Below are positions 13,102 to 23,811 of a stretch of 50,614 nucleotides of DNA, piece after piece. The notes beneath the pieces were generated by a model. That model saw only the letters and a program-made list of their open reading frames with translations. It searched no databases and was not told the DNA's origin. A program made the translations under genes and the position numbers. Position 1 is the stretch's first letter. Every line of letters begins with the position of its first letter. The stretch comes from Acidobacteriota bacterium. GTDB taxonomy: Bacteria > Acidobacteriota > Thermoanaerobaculia > Multivoradales > UBA5704. The stretch spans positions 1 through 50,614 of the forward strand of contig JBDTZG010000041.1 in assembly GCA_040005235.1 (NCBI GenBank), given 5' to 3'.

Positions 13102-14706
13102 ATGATCCCGAGCGACAAGGTCAACATCCTGCTGGTCGACGACCAGCCCGGCAAGCTGTTGACTTACGAGGCGATTCTCAGCCAGCTGGGCGAGAACCTG
13201 ATCGTCGCCAGCTCCGGGCGCGAGGCGCTCGAACATCTCCTGAAGACCGACATCACGGTGGTCCTGATGGACGTCAGCATGCCGGAGCTGGACGGCTTCG
13301 AGCTGGCCGAGATCATCCGCCAGCACCCGCGCTATCAAAAGACGGCGATCATCTTCGTCTCCGCGGTCCACCTTTCCGACCTGGACCGGCTGAAAGGCTA
13401 CGCCTCCGGCGCGGTCGACTACGTCTCGGTGCCGATCGTCCCGGAGCTGCTGCGCGCCAAGGTGAGCGTGTTCACCGAGCTGTATCGGAAGACGCGCGAG
13501 TCGGAGCGCCTGAACCAGGAGCTGGAGCAGCGGGTCGCGGATCGCACCGCGGAGCTCGAAGCCTCGATGGCGAAGCAGATCGAGCTGGCGGAACGGTTGC
13601 AGGAGGCCGATCATCGCAAGGACGAGTTTCTCGCCCTCCTCGCTCACGAGCTGCGCAACCCTTTGGCGCCGATTCAAAACGCGGTCAACATCATGCGCCG
13701 GCCTGAGGCCGGAGACGCCGACCAAGCGTGGTGCCGCGAGGTGATCGAGCGCCAGGTCGCCCAGTTGACGCGCCTGGTGGACGATCTTCTCGACGTCTCC
13801 CGGATTACCCAGGGCAAGATCAAGCTCCGGCTGGAGCCGCTCGATCTCGCGACGATCGTGCACCGGGCGATCGAGACCAGCCAGCCTTTGATCGACTCGC
13901 AGCGGCATCGGCTCAAGCTCGACGTCGCCCCGGCGCCGATTCAGGTCTTGGGCGATCCGGCACGCTTGACCCAGGTGGTGGCGAACCTGCTCAACAACGC
14001 CGCCAATTATCAGGAGCAGCAGGGCGAGATCGAGATCGAGGTCGGTCGGGACGGCGAACTTGCGGCAATCTGGGTGAGAGATCGCGGTATCGGCATCGCG
14101 CCGGAAATCCTGCCGAAGATCTTCGAGCTTTTCCTCCAGGGCGAGCTGCGGCCTTGGGTGGCCTCCCGTGGGGGGCTGGGCATCGGCTTGTCGCTGGTGA
14201 AGACCCTCGTCGAGATGCACGGAGGAAACGTCTCCGTCACCAGCGACGGCGAGGGGCGCGGCAGCGAATTCGTCGTCCGGCTGCCGGTGCTTGTCGAGCA
14301 AGCCACCGCGCCGGATATTCCTCGCGAACATCTGGCCGAACATCCAACGAAACCGCGACGGGTTCTGGTGGTCGACGACAATCGCGACGCGGCGGAGAGT
14401 CTGGCGATCCTTCTGCGCCGCGACGGGCACGAGGTCGAGGTGGTTTTGGACGGCCAGTGCGCCCTCGCAAGCGTGGCCATTCGGAAGCCGGAGTTCGTGC
14501 TGCTCGATCTCCTCCTGCCGGGAATCGACGGATTTGAGATCTGTCGCCGAATGCGGCAGGGGGGGCTTGCCGACTGCCGAATCGTCGCGATGACCGGATT
14601 CGGGCAGCAGAGGGATCGGGACCGCTCGAAGGAGGCCGGTTTCGACTTCCACCTGGTCAAGCCTTTCTCGATGGAAGAGTTGAGGCGTTTGTTCCAGACC
14701 CTCTGA
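13102..14706 (+). CDS. Hybrid sensor kinase REC-HisKA-HATPase-REC
   Basis: ILLVDD...LMDVSMP receiver; LAHELRNPL; GLGIGL; C-terminal VLVVDDN...LLDLLLP. Start set at MIPSDK. Confidence 0.9.
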   Translation: MIPSDKVNILLVDDQPGKLLTYEAILSQLGENLIVASSGREALEHLLKTDITVVLMDVSMPELDGFELAEIIRQHPRYQKTAIIFVSAVHLSDLDRLKGYASGAVDYVSVPIVPELLRAKVSVFTELYRKTRESERLNQELEQRVADRTAELEASMAKQIELAERLQEADHRKDEFLALLAHELRNPLAPIQNAVNIMRRPEAGDADQAWCREVIERQVAQLTRLVDDLLDVSRITQGKIKLRLEPLDLATIVHRAIETSQPLIDSQRHRLKLDVAPAPIQVLGDPARLTQVVANLLNNAANYQEQQGEIEIEVGRDGELAAIWVRDRGIGIAPEILPKIFELFLQGELRPWVASRGGLGIGLSLVKTLVEMHGGNVSVTSDGEGRGSEFVVRLPVLVEQATAPDIPREHLAEHPTKPRRVLVVDDNRDAAESLAILLRRDGHEVEVVLDGQCALASVAIRKPEFVLLDLLLPGIDGFEICRRMRQGGLADCRIVAMTGFGQQRDRDRSKEAGFDFHLVKPFSMEELRRLFQTL

Positions 14707-14724
14707 GCTGCGGAATTGGAACGA

Positions 14725-15786
14725 ATGTCAACAATCCCGACGGAGCCCATCGGTAGCATTCCGCGACCGCCTCGTTTGGTCGAGGCGATCGCGACCCTGG
14801 ACGGCACCGATCCAACCCTGGATCCGCTGTACGAAGAGGCGATCCGGGACACGATCGAGCGGTTCGAAGCCACGGGTTCGCCGGTGATCACCGACGGCGA
14901 ACAGAGAAAGTTTCACAATTTCTGGACCTACAGCGTGCATGGGCTTCCGAACACGGACGCAGACGGCTTTAAGATTCCGTTCGTCGGCCACACGCGGCAG
15001 ATGCCGCGGCTCATCAGCGGTCCCTTTCGCTACCGGCGCTACGCGGACGGTTACCTCGACCTGGCGCGACGCTATACCCGACTACCCTTGAAGCAGGCGG
15101 TCATATCGCCCTCGGCCTTGAGCCTCATGTACCCGTCCGAGGAGATTCCCGGATACCCTCGCGAACAGTTCATCCGTGATTTGCTGGACGAGCACGTGAC
15201 GGAAGTCCGCAGGTGTCTGGAGAAAGGCGCGTACAAGGTTCAGATCGACTTTACGGAAGGGCGTCTGGCGGTCAAGATCGATCCCTCGGGCGACCTCCTT
15301 CACAGCTTCATCGACTTGAATAACCTCGCGCTCGCGCAGTTCTCCGACCTGGATCGCGGGCGCCTCGGCGTGCATACCTGCCCGGGCGGCGATCTCGATT
15401 CGACCCACAGCGCGGAGGTCGATTACGCCGACTTGTTGCCCAGCCTTTTCGAGCTCCGGGTCGGCAGCTTCTATGTCGCGTTGGCCGGCGAGAAGGACCG
15501 CCGTCGCGTCCTCCGGATCCTTCGCGACCACCTGAGGCCCGGCCAGCGGGTCTTCGTCGGAGTCGTTGCGCCGATCGATCCGCGCCTCGAGACTCCGGAA
15601 GAGATCCGTGATCGGGTCCTCGAAGCGGCCGAATACATCCCCGTGGAACAGCTCGGAACCACCGACGATTGCGGTTTTTCGCCCTTCTCCGACGACACCT
15701 CGACCACTCGGGAGATGGCCTTCGCAAAAATCCGCGCGCGCGTGCTCGGCACCGCCCTCGCTTCCAGAAAGCTCGGGGTCGGGTGA
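14725..15786 (+). CDS. Cobalamin-independent methionine synthase II family protein (single-barrel MetE-like)
   Basis: TEPIGSIPRP, ITDGE, QIDFTE, Zn motif HTC and TTDDCGF; about 353 aa, lacking the N-terminal barrel of full MetE. Confidence 0.85.
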   Translation: MSTIPTEPIGSIPRPPRLVEAIATLDGTDPTLDPLYEEAIRDTIERFEATGSPVITDGEQRKFHNFWTYSVHGLPNTDADGFKIPFVGHTRQMPRLISGPFRYRRYADGYLDLARRYTRLPLKQAVISPSALSLMYPSEEIPGYPREQFIRDLLDEHVTEVRRCLEKGAYKVQIDFTEGRLAVKIDPSGDLLHSFIDLNNLALAQFSDLDRGRLGVHTCPGGDLDSTHSAEVDYADLLPSLFELRVGSFYVALAGEKDRRRVLRILRDHLRPGQRVFVGVVAPIDPRLETPEEIRDRVLEAAEYIPVEQLGTTDDCGFSPFSDDTSTTREMAFAKIRARVLGTALASRKLGVG

Positions 15787-17399
15787 TGGCGCCGCACGAC
15801 GACGAAGAGCAACAGCTCCGGTCGGTTGCGCTGCAGAACGCCAAGGCGATCCACGCGGCCCGGCAGCAGATCGAGCGCGAGCTCGCGACGGCCGGGCTGG
15901 CGCGGGCATATCTGGCCGCCATCGTCGAGTCGTCCCAAGACGCGATCGTGAGCAAGACGCTCGAAGGCGTGATTCGGACCTGGAACGCCGGGGCCGAACG
16001 TTTGTTCGGCTACACGGCCGAAGAAGCCATCGGCCGTTCGATCACCTTGCTCATCCCGCTGGAACGGCTGGACGAGGAAGTGGAGATCTTGGAGCGGCTT
16101 GGCCGCGGCGAGCGGATCGACCACTACGAGACGGTCCGGAAAGCCAAAGATGGACGCCTCATCGACGTCTCTTTGACCGTCTCGCCGATTCGCGACGCCG
16201 ACGGACGCATCATCGGCGCCTCGAAAGTCGCGCGCGACGTGACGGACCGCAAACGGGTGGAGGAGGCGCTGCGAGACGCCGACCGGCGCAAGGACGAGTT
16301 TCTCGCCTTGCTCGCGCACGAGCTGAGAAATCCGTTGGCCCCCTTGCGCAACGGCCTGGAAATCATGCGCCTGGCGGCCGAGGATCCGGCCGTCGTCGCC
16401 GAATCGCGCGAAATGATGGATCGACAGCTTACCCACATGGTGCGGCTGATCGACGACCTGCTGGACATCTCGCGGATCGGTCGCAACAAGATGGAGCTGC
16501 GTCGACAGCGGGTCTTACTGGTCGACGTTCTCAACAGCGCGATCGAGACCGCGGGTCCGGCGATCGAGAGTGCCGGTCACGAACTGACGCTCGTCCTGCC
16601 GGCGGAGCCGATCTATCTCGACGCCGACCTGACGCGACTCGCGCAGGTGTTCGGCAATCTGCTCAACAACAGCACCAAGTATTCGGCCAAGGGCGGGCAC
16701 ATCTGGATTACCGCGGAGATCGAGAGCGGGCGGGTCTCTGTTGCGGTCCGAGACACCGGCATCGGCATTCCGGCCGACGCCCTGCCCGGCATCTTCGAAC
16801 TGTTCAGTCAGGTTGATCGTTCGATCGAGCGGGCCACGGGCGGGCTGGGCATCGGGCTGGCTCTGGTCAAGGGACTCGTCGAGATGCACGGCGGGACGGT
16901 CGAGGCGACGAGCACCGGTCTGGACCAGGGCAGTACCTTCACTGTCAGGCTGTCGATCCTCAAAGCCGCGACCGAACCGTCGATCGAGCCCCACGCGGGG
17001 ACCGCGCCGGAGGTCGAGGGATCGAAGCGCCGGCTCCTGGTGGTGGACGACAACCGCGACTCCGCGCTGTCTATGGCGAAGATGCTAGAGCTGCTAGGCA
17101 ACGAGGTGCGAACGGCACACGACGGCACCGAGGCTGTGGAGCTCGCGGAGCGGTTTCGCCCGCACGCGATTCTGATGGACATCGGAATGCCCAAGCTCAA
17201 CGGCTACGACGCGACGCAACGCATTCGCGAGCAGCCGTGGGGAAAAGACATAAGGGTCATCGCCCTTACCGGATGGGGTCAGGAGGCCGACCGGGCCCGA
17301 TCGAAAGAGGCCGGATGCGACGGCCACCTGGTCAAGCCGGTCAACCTCGACGATTTGGAGCGGCTCCTCGCAACGTTGCAGGACCCAAGCGTCGAATAG
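15786..17399 (+). CDS. PAS-domain hybrid sensor kinase (PAS-HisKA-HATPase-REC)
   Basis: AIVESSQDAIVSKTLEG..WNAGAERLFGY PAS domain; LAHELRNPL; receiver LMDIGMP; TGATG overlap with the upstream gene. Confidence 0.92.
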   Translation: MAPHDDEEQQLRSVALQNAKAIHAARQQIERELATAGLARAYLAAIVESSQDAIVSKTLEGVIRTWNAGAERLFGYTAEEAIGRSITLLIPLERLDEEVEILERLGRGERIDHYETVRKAKDGRLIDVSLTVSPIRDADGRIIGASKVARDVTDRKRVEEALRDADRRKDEFLALLAHELRNPLAPLRNGLEIMRLAAEDPAVVAESREMMDRQLTHMVRLIDDLLDISRIGRNKMELRRQRVLLVDVLNSAIETAGPAIESAGHELTLVLPAEPIYLDADLTRLAQVFGNLLNNSTKYSAKGGHIWITAEIESGRVSVAVRDTGIGIPADALPGIFELFSQVDRSIERATGGLGIGLALVKGLVEMHGGTVEATSTGLDQGSTFTVRLSILKAATEPSIEPHAGTAPEVEGSKRRLLVVDDNRDSALSMAKMLELLGNEVRTAHDGTEAVELAERFRPHAILMDIGMPKLNGYDATQRIREQPWGKDIRVIALTGWGQEADRARSKEAGCDGHLVKPVNLDDLERLLATLQDPSVE

Positions 17400-17435
17400 A
17401 TTTGGCCGAAGGATTCAAACCACCCGCGCGCCCGC

Positions 17436-19538
17436 TCATCCTTGCGCGATCAGCCCCAGCAGCTCCTGCCCGTACTTGTTGGCGATCCCGGGGCCGATGC
17501 CGGGGACGTTCAGCAGTCCGACCTCGTTGTTCGGCCGGTCGCTCGCGAGGGCGTAGAGAGTGCGGTCGGTGAGGATGCGGAACGCCGGGACTTTGCGCTT
17601 CTTCGCTTCGGCGAGGCGCCAGGCGCGGAGGGCTTCGACCAGCGGCGCAGGCGCTTCTGCACTCGGCGCTCCGGGGGCGGCTCCCGTTCTGGATTTTCCC
17701 AGTTTCTCGCTCTTCGAGCGATCTCGTTTCTTCGGCCCGCGGTCGGGCGGCGCTTCGGCGAGGATCAGTCCGGCGAGGCCCGTATCGTCGATCTGGTAGC
17801 CGGTTGCGGTCAACAGGGCGCGCTGGAAGTGGATTTCGCGGCCGTCTTTTTCGAACGAATCCTGTTGCAGGCGAAGCAGGCCCGCGCGCACGAGAGCTCC
17901 GAGGAGCTGCTCGAAGGCGCGACGATCGAAGCCGGCCTGGAGGCGTTCGCCGACGCCGATTTCGCGGAACAGTTGGCCCGTGGTCTGGCCGTCGCGCTCG
18001 CGCAGGGCGTCGAGGATCGCCGAGAGCACCGAATGCTCTGCGTCGGTGGCGGCTCGCGAGCTGCCCAGCAGGCGGCGGTCCGGAGCGCAGATGTCGCAGA
18101 CGCCGCACGGCGCGCCGGAGTCCTCCTGGTCGCCGAAGTGGCGAATCAGGTGGAGCATGCGGCAGCCGTGCCCTTCGGCGTAGCGCAGGATGTCGTCGAG
18201 CTGGCCGATCTTATGGCCGCTCTGCTCCTGATAGGAGCGGCGGAAACCCGGTTCGCCGCGCGACACGCGACCCTCGGCGTCGACCTTGGCGCCGCCGTGG
18301 ATCCACAGTTTTTCGAGAGCGCGCTCGAACAGCTCCGGGTCCAGCTTCAACCGCTTCGCGAGGTCTTCGGCCGGGCGCGGCTCCGGGGTGAGCGCCTTGG
18401 CGATCGCGTCAAGCACCTCGAGGTCAGGATAGTCGCGGCCGTGGAAAAACTCATGCGTCCGGCGGTCGGCAAACGAGTAGAGCAGGATCGCCCGCGACGG
18501 TAGGCCGTCGCGCCCGGCGCGGCCGATCTCTTGGTAATACCCTTCGAGAGAGCCGGGCAAGGCGGTGTGGATCACCGTGCGGACGTTCGCCTTGTCGATC
18601 CCCATGCCGAAGGCGATCGTGGCGACGATCACCTCGAGCCGGCCGTCGAGAAACGAGCTCTGCACCCGCTCTCGTTCGGCGGCCGCCATCCCCGCGTGGT
18701 AGGCCGCTGCGGGCATTTCGACCGACAGCTCGGCGCCCAGCGCATCGGCTTCCTTCCGCGTCGGGGCGTAGACGATCGCGGGCCGGGCGCTTGGATCGGC
18801 GAGCGCCGCGCGCACCGCGTCGCGCCGGGCGGTGGGACGCAGGGCGACCGCCTCGATCGCGAGGTTGATCCGGCGGAAGCCGTGGATGAAGCGCAGCGCC
18901 TTCGGCATTCCGAGCTGGACCGCGATGTCGTCCTGCACCCGCGGCGTCGCGGTCGCGGTGAGCGCGATCACCGGCGCGGGGCGCAGCTGCGGCAGGCGTG
19001 CACCAAGCATTCGATATTCCGGGCGGAAATCGTGTCCCCACTGAGAGATGCAGTGGGCTTCATCGACCGCGACGAGGCCGGGCTTCGTCCGGGCGAGAAA
19101 TTCGGGAAAGCCCGGCACCGCGAGCCGCTCGGGGGCGATGAATAGGTAATCGAGCTTGCCTTGCAGGTAGTCGATGCAAACCCGCCGCGATTCGGCCCGG
19201 TCGCGGCCTGAATGGATGCGCTCGGCCGAGAAGCCCAGCTCGCGGAGCTTCGCCACCTGATCCTCCATGAGGGCGATCAGCGGCGAGACGACCAGCGTCG
19301 TCCCCTCCCGCGCCAGACCCGGCAGCTGGTAGCAAAGCGACTTGCCGGCCCCCGTCGGCATGATCAGGAGGACGTCTTCTCCCGCCACGACCGAGCGGCA
19401 GACCTGCTCCTGATAGGGGCGGAATGAGTTGAGGCGAAACCGGGTCGCGAGCAGCACGCCGAGCCGATCGGGTCCGCTGGGGACCGTCAGCTCCGGCGCG
19501 GAGAGAGGGAGATGAGGGGGCTCGGGGTCGAAGGGCAA
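17436..19538 (-). CDS. recQ: RecQ-family ATP-dependent DNA helicase with C-terminal HRDC domain
   Basis: [33 protein letters not shown], Zn motif CR..CGVCDIC and HRDC ([14 protein letters not shown]). Start uncertain; TTG 19538 after GGGAGA was chosen. Confidence 0.9.
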   Translation of the reverse strand: MPFDPEPPHLPLSAPELTVPSGPDRLGVLLATRFRLNSFRPYQEQVCRSVVAGEDVLLIMPTGAGKSLCYQLPGLAREGTTLVVSPLIALMEDQVAKLRELGFSAERIHSGRDRAESRRVCIDYLQGKLDYLFIAPERLAVPGFPEFLARTKPGLVAVDEAHCISQWGHDFRPEYRMLGARLPQLRPAPVIALTATATPRVQDDIAVQLGMPKALRFIHGFRRINLAIEAVALRPTARRDAVRAALADPSARPAIVYAPTRKEADALGAELSVEMPAAAYHAGMAAAERERVQSSFLDGRLEVIVATIAFGMGIDKANVRTVIHTALPGSLEGYYQEIGRAGRDGLPSRAILLYSFADRRTHEFFHGRDYPDLEVLDAIAKALTPEPRPAEDLAKRLKLDPELFERALEKLWIHGGAKVDAEGRVSRGEPGFRRSYQEQSGHKIGQLDDILRYAEGHGCRMLHLIRHFGDQEDSGAPCGVCDICAPDRRLLGSSRAATDAEHSVLSAILDALRERDGQTTGQLFREIGVGERLQAGFDRRAFEQLLGALVRAGLLRLQQDSFEKDGREIHFQRALLTATGYQIDDTGLAGLILAEAPPDRGPKKRDRSKSEKLGKSRTGAAPGAPSAEAPAPLVEALRAWRLAEAKKRKVPAFRILTDRTLYALASDRPNNEVGLLNVPGIGPGIANKYGQELLGLIAQG

Positions 19539-19583
19539 GGGGTTGGAATCTCCCGCAGCGGAGATTTTAGACCAAACGCCGAG

Positions 19584-19613
19584 CCGCCCGCGGAATGCGA
19601 TATCCGCGGGCGG
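19584..19613 (-). terminator. GC-rich hairpin between the BNR protein gene and recQ
   Basis: CCGCCCGCGGA-8 nt-TCCGCGGGCGG, an 11-bp perfect stem. Confidence 0.45.
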
Positions 19614-19650
19614 GCCGGTCCGAAGGGTAGGGGAGGTTAGAGGAGTGTGA

Positions 19651-21681
19651 CTACGGCGTCCCGGCCGGCACGATCCGGTTGTCGCAGCCCGACGGGGCGA
19701 TGCTTTCGCCGTAGACATTACCTGCGCGCACTTCGTAGCGGGGACTCTTCGCGGGATCGAAGCCGCCGTCGAAGTAGGAGAGGGTGGTGTTCGGGACCGT
19801 GCCCAGCAGCTCCGCGGGCGTGCCGGTCTGGGACCGATAGATCCGGTAGAGCTTGACGGGGGCGCCGCCTTCGGCGGGCTCGGACCAGGAGAGATGAACC
19901 GAGCCGTTTTCGAAGGCCGCTTCGGCGAGCGGCTCGGCCGGCGGCCCCGGGATCGGGTCGAAGGAAGAAAAGAGACCAAGGCCCCCCTTCTGCCGCGCCA
20001 CCGAGGCGAGCGCATCCAGCGTATTGATCGGAGTATCGACGCACGGCCCGGTGCAGCCATCGGCGAAACCGACCACCACGCGGCCCCTGCGGTCTGCTTG
20101 GACGTCCATGAAGTCCAGCAGGTTGCGGGTGTTGTTCGTGCAGCCGGTCGTACCGCCCGCGCAGATCGTGCCGCGCTGGACCGGATTGCCCGGGGTGGCG
20201 TTGACGGTGGTCCAGGTGACGCCGCCATCGTAGGTGTGCGCGACGTAGAGGTACCAGACCGCCGGGCTCGCCGGGTTGTCGCCGCTCGAATTGGGCGTCG
20301 TCGTGCCGAGGAAGGCAATCGCGGCTCGGCTGTCGTCGCCCGCGATCGCCGAAGCGAACGCGGTATCCCGAATGCCGCTCGCGGCTCCCAGGTCCAAGGG
20401 CGACGACCAGGTAACGCCGTGGTCGTGAGAAACGGCGACCATCGGCCGGCCGTCGCCGTTGCCGAAGGCGAAGTAGACCGTGCCTTTCGGGCCGACCGCG
20501 ACCGAGGGATCCCAGGTCCCGGCGGAGCTGCCGGTCACCTTGCGCACGGTCCAGGTGAGGCCGTTGTTGCTCGACACCGCTACCCCTTGGCGGCCGCCGC
20601 ACGATTTGTTGGGGACGTAGGCGGTGCCGTCGGGGCCTACTTTGACGTGGCCATGAAGCCCGCCGCACTGAGTCAGGTTATAGATCGGTACGGCCGGGCC
20701 GAACGTCACACCGCCGTCCACCGAGATCGCGCATTGAGCGAGCGCGATGTCTTGCGAGCAGTAGTAGACCGCATGGGGATGGAGAGCCCCGGTGAGCGGC
20801 GCCGCGAAAGGGCCGCCGCCGACAGTCTGGTGGTCGACCCCCGAGTTGATGCCCGAGCCCATGCTCGGAAGCCAGCTCGCTCCGTCGTCGTCGGAAAAAG
20901 ACATCAGGCTAGCCTTGCCCAACAGTTGAGAGGAAAACGTTCGACCGGTCACCGGATCGGTGAACAGAATCGGATCGAGCGAGGTCACGGCATTGGCCGG
21001 ACTCACGTCCTGCCAATTGCCATCCGGGCGCAAGCGGGCCGGCGAGGTACAGATGTCGTAGCGCAGCCGCAGGGTTTGAAGGCCCGAGACGTACATCAGG
21101 GTGCCGCCGTTGTCGCCGATCTCGCTCTTCCAGTTGATCCCCAGGCTCGGCTCGCCGGAGGTGTGCTCGCCGGGGTCGGCATCGACCGAGTAGGTGGGAG
21201 GCCGGTTCGTCCCGACGGGCGCCCCGTCGTTCGGTTTAGGGGTAAGCGATGCGAGACCGAAGACCGGGGTCGCTCCAGAGAAATTGACCGCCTGTACCGT
21301 GTAGGTGCCGGCCGCCGGGTTGGTGAGCACCGCGACCTCGTCTTGGCTGGGCGAGTTGCCCGAGGTCGCCACGACCTGCCCGGCAGCGTCGTAGATCTTC
21401 AAATCCCAGTCGTCCACCGCGGAGACGTGAAGCGTCACTTGGACCACGAACGGGTAGGGTGCTGGAGTCACGGTGAGCTGAAAGTTGTCGCAAAGCGAGT
21501 CGGTCGGCGTGGTGCAGCCGACCGCACCGATCGGCGGCTTGAATTCACCGTTCCAAGTCACCGTTGGCTGAGCCTCGGAGACGGTGCCGGTTTCAGGAGT
21601 TGCGGCGTGGGCCGCGGAAAGTGGGATCAGAAGCGACAGCGCCAAGATCGGCGCCCAAAGAAAACCAGTGAACCTGGCCAT
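19651..21681 (-). CDS. Secreted BNR/Asp-box (sialidase-fold) protein with N-terminal PPC-like and C-terminal Fn3 domain
   Basis: Signal peptide ending AAHA; Asp-boxes [32 protein letters not shown] and TYDGGVTW; Fn3 [15 protein letters not shown]; GAGGAG RBS. Confidence 0.8.
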   Translation of the reverse strand: MARFTGFLWAPILALSLLIPLSAAHAATPETGTVSEAQPTVTWNGEFKPPIGAVGCTTPTDSLCDNFQLTVTPAPYPFVVQVTLHVSAVDDWDLKIYDAAGQVVATSGNSPSQDEVAVLTNPAAGTYTVQAVNFSGATPVFGLASLTPKPNDGAPVGTNRPPTYSVDADPGEHTSGEPSLGINWKSEIGDNGGTLMYVSGLQTLRLRYDICTSPARLRPDGNWQDVSPANAVTSLDPILFTDPVTGRTFSSQLLGKASLMSFSDDDGASWLPSMGSGINSGVDHQTVGGGPFAAPLTGALHPHAVYYCSQDIALAQCAISVDGGVTFGPAVPIYNLTQCGGLHGHVKVGPDGTAYVPNKSCGGRQGVAVSSNNGLTWTVRKVTGSSAGTWDPSVAVGPKGTVYFAFGNGDGRPMVAVSHDHGVTWSSPLDLGAASGIRDTAFASAIAGDDSRAAIAFLGTTTPNSSGDNPASPAVWYLYVAHTYDGGVTWTTVNATPGNPVQRGTICAGGTTGCTNNTRNLLDFMDVQADRRGRVVVGFADGCTGPCVDTPINTLDALASVARQKGGLGLFSSFDPIPGPPAEPLAEAAFENGSVHLSWSEPAEGGAPVKLYRIYRSQTGTPAELLGTVPNTTLSYFDGGFDPAKSPRYEVRAGNVYGESIAPSGCDNRIVPAGTP

Positions 21682-21832
21682 TCTCGAACCCTCCTCTGGA
21701 GATTGCCCGGGCGGGCAAACCACGGGCCGGCGCCGGACGTCGGGAAGGGCCTTGCAAGGCGATGCCAGGGGGGTGGACCTCCAGATTGGGAAAATCTTTC
21801 TCGCGGTTCGTGCAGGGAGACTGAAAATGTTG

Positions 21833-21864
21833 CCGCCTCCTTCCAACACCGCCTCCTTCCAACA
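21833..21864. repeat. Perfect 16-bp tandem duplication in a divergent promoter region
   Basis: CCGCCTCCTTCCAACA at 21833-21848 and 21849-21864. Confidence 0.85.
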
Positions 21865-21888
21865 AGGTAGGGCGTTAGACTGCAAGCG

Positions 21889-22776
21889 ATGTCCCGTTCC
21901 TCTCCAACCCGCGCGAAGCCGATTGCGGTACCGGCCGCGCCGCTTGCGGGCTTCACGCTACGCGAGGCGGCCGGGCTGGTCGGCATCACCGAGTCGCGCC
22001 TGCGCGCCTGGGTGCAATCCGGCGTGATCACCCCCGGCGCCGGAACTTCCGGAGAGTCGCGCTTCCATTTTCAGGATCTGGTCCTGCTTCGCGCCGCGCG
22101 CGAGCTGAGCGATGCCAGAGTGCCCGCCCGGCGCATTCGCCATGCGCTCGAACGGCTGCGCGAACAACTGCCGCAGGGACGGTCGCTCTCGGCCGTGCGC
22201 ATCCTCGCCGAAGGGGGAGAGGTGGTGGCGCGCGACGATCGCTCGACCTGGATTCCCGCCTCCGGCCAAGCGCTATTCGATTTCGCGGTCGCCGATCTCG
22301 CCCGCGAAGCGGCGCCTTTTGCCCGCCGAAGCGTCGCGCGCCTGGAAGAGGAGCGCGACCTCGACGCCGAGGATTGGTATCGCCTCGGCTGCGAATTCGA
22401 GGAGACCGACGTGGCCGAAGCCGAACGCGCCTACGCCCGGTCGCTCGCGCTTAGCCCCGATCACGCCGACGCCCATTTGAACCTCGGCAGGCTGCGCCAC
22501 GAAGCGGGAGCGCCCGAGGAAGCCGAGCGCCATTACCGTGCGGCGCTCGCCGCCTCGCCCGGCAACGCGACCGCCGCGTTCGACCTCGGCGTTGCCCTCG
22601 AAGACCTCGGCCGCTTGGAAGAGGCGGCGGCCTCTTACTACGCCGCGCTCGACGCCGATCCCGGCTACGCCGATGCCCACTGGAACCTCGCGGGCGTCGC
22701 CGAAAAGATGGGCGCCACCGCCGAGGCGATTCGCCACCTCTCAGCCTATAAGAGCTGGCTCGACCGCCGAAGGTAG
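21889..22776 (+). CDS. MerR-like HTH plus TPR-repeat protein
   Basis: FTLREAAGLVGITESRLRAWV..G.I.P...FHFQDLVLLR; C-terminal TPRs (AHLNLG, AAFDLG, AHWNLA). Confidence 0.82.
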   Translation: MSRSSPTRAKPIAVPAAPLAGFTLREAAGLVGITESRLRAWVQSGVITPGAGTSGESRFHFQDLVLLRAARELSDARVPARRIRHALERLREQLPQGRSLSAVRILAEGGEVVARDDRSTWIPASGQALFDFAVADLAREAAPFARRSVARLEEERDLDAEDWYRLGCEFEETDVAEAERAYARSLALSPDHADAHLNLGRLRHEAGAPEEAERHYRAALAASPGNATAAFDLGVALEDLGRLEEAAASYYAALDADPGYADAHWNLAGVAEKMGATAEAIRHLSAYKSWLDRRR

Positions 22777-22885
22777 CAGACCGGTCAAAAGCTGACGGCG
22801 AGGACGACCCCGAACGCAACCAGCGGAAGCCACACCAGGACGAGCGGCGTGTAGCAACCCCTGGCGCCGGCCATCCCCCCGAAAT

Positions 22886-22914
22886 TTGCCCGCTGCCCCC
22901 CGGGATGGTACCCT
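22886..22914 (+). promoter_or_regulatory. Candidate sigma70 promoter
   Basis: TTGCCC-17 nt-TACCCT with a TG extension, upstream of ATG 23025. Confidence 0.35.
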
Positions 22915-23024
22915 TCCGCGGTTTCTGAGGGTGATCCCCGCAGGTTTTAAGGCAGGCAATCGGCGCGAAGTTCGGCGGTTTGCCGTTTTCGATCGAATTC
23001 GATCTTGGAAGAGGTTCGAGACCC

Positions 23025-23777
23025 ATGAGCAGCACGCATCTGACCCGCAAAGAGATCAAGCGCGACGAGGTGGCCGAGGCCGTCGGGCGCTCCGTGGATT
23101 ATGCCCAGTCCCATGGCCGGACGATCGGGTTGGGCATTGGCGCCGCCGTGCTGGTGCTCCTGGTGCTCCTCGGTTTCTGGGGTTTCCGCGCTTCCCAGCG
23201 GGGCAAGGCGAGCGTGGCGCTCGGCGAGGCTCTGCAGCTGGCCGGGGCGCCGATCCAGGCGACGGGAGCCAAGCCGGACGATCCCGATTCGCCGAGCTTC
23301 GCGACTCCGGAGGCGCGCCGCGCCCGGGCGAAGAAGGCGTTCGAGAACGTCCGCGAGGGGTATCGCTTTTCGGCGGCGGCCGACGTAGCCACCGTCTACC
23401 TCGGCCAGATCGCCGCGGAAGAGGGCAAGCTCGACGAGGCGCGGAAGCTCTGGGAGGACTACGTCGACGATCATCCCAACGACATGCTCGCCGGCAACGT
23501 GAAGCTGAACCTGATCGAGCTCGACCGCCGGGCGGGCAAGACGGACGCGATCGTCGCTTCCCTCGAAAAAATGCTCGACGCCTCCGACGGGCCGCTGCCC
23601 AAGGACGCGATCCTCTACGAGCTCGCGACCGCTTACGAGTCAGCCAAGCGCGACGCCGAGGCGAAGAAGACCTACCAGCGAATCCTCGACGAGTACCCGC
23701 AGTCGGGCTACCACACGCTCGCGCAGCAGAAGGTGGGCGGCGGAGCCGGCTCGCCGCTCGGCCTCTCGCCGGGCTGA
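23025..23777 (+). CDS. YfgM-like single-pass membrane TPR protein
   Basis: LTRKEIKRDE N-terminus, one TM helix, then TPR-like helices ending YQRILDEYPQS. Confidence 0.75.
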   Translation: MSSTHLTRKEIKRDEVAEAVGRSVDYAQSHGRTIGLGIGAAVLVLLVLLGFWGFRASQRGKASVALGEALQLAGAPIQATGAKPDDPDSPSFATPEARRARAKKAFENVREGYRFSAAADVATVYLGQIAAEEGKLDEARKLWEDYVDDHPNDMLAGNVKLNLIELDRRAGKTDAIVASLEKMLDASDGPLPKDAILYELATAYESAKRDAEAKKTYQRILDEYPQSGYHTLAQQKVGGGAGSPLGLSPG

Positions 23778-23811
23778 TCCGGCTCCTCCCGTTCTTTCGC
23801 CCGACCAGCCG

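Noticed and set aside
19539-20318. N-terminal extension making RecQ 960 aa
   Set aside because: It overlaps the BNR protein gene in another frame, is Arg/Pro/Ser-rich noise and crosses a terminator-like hairpin.
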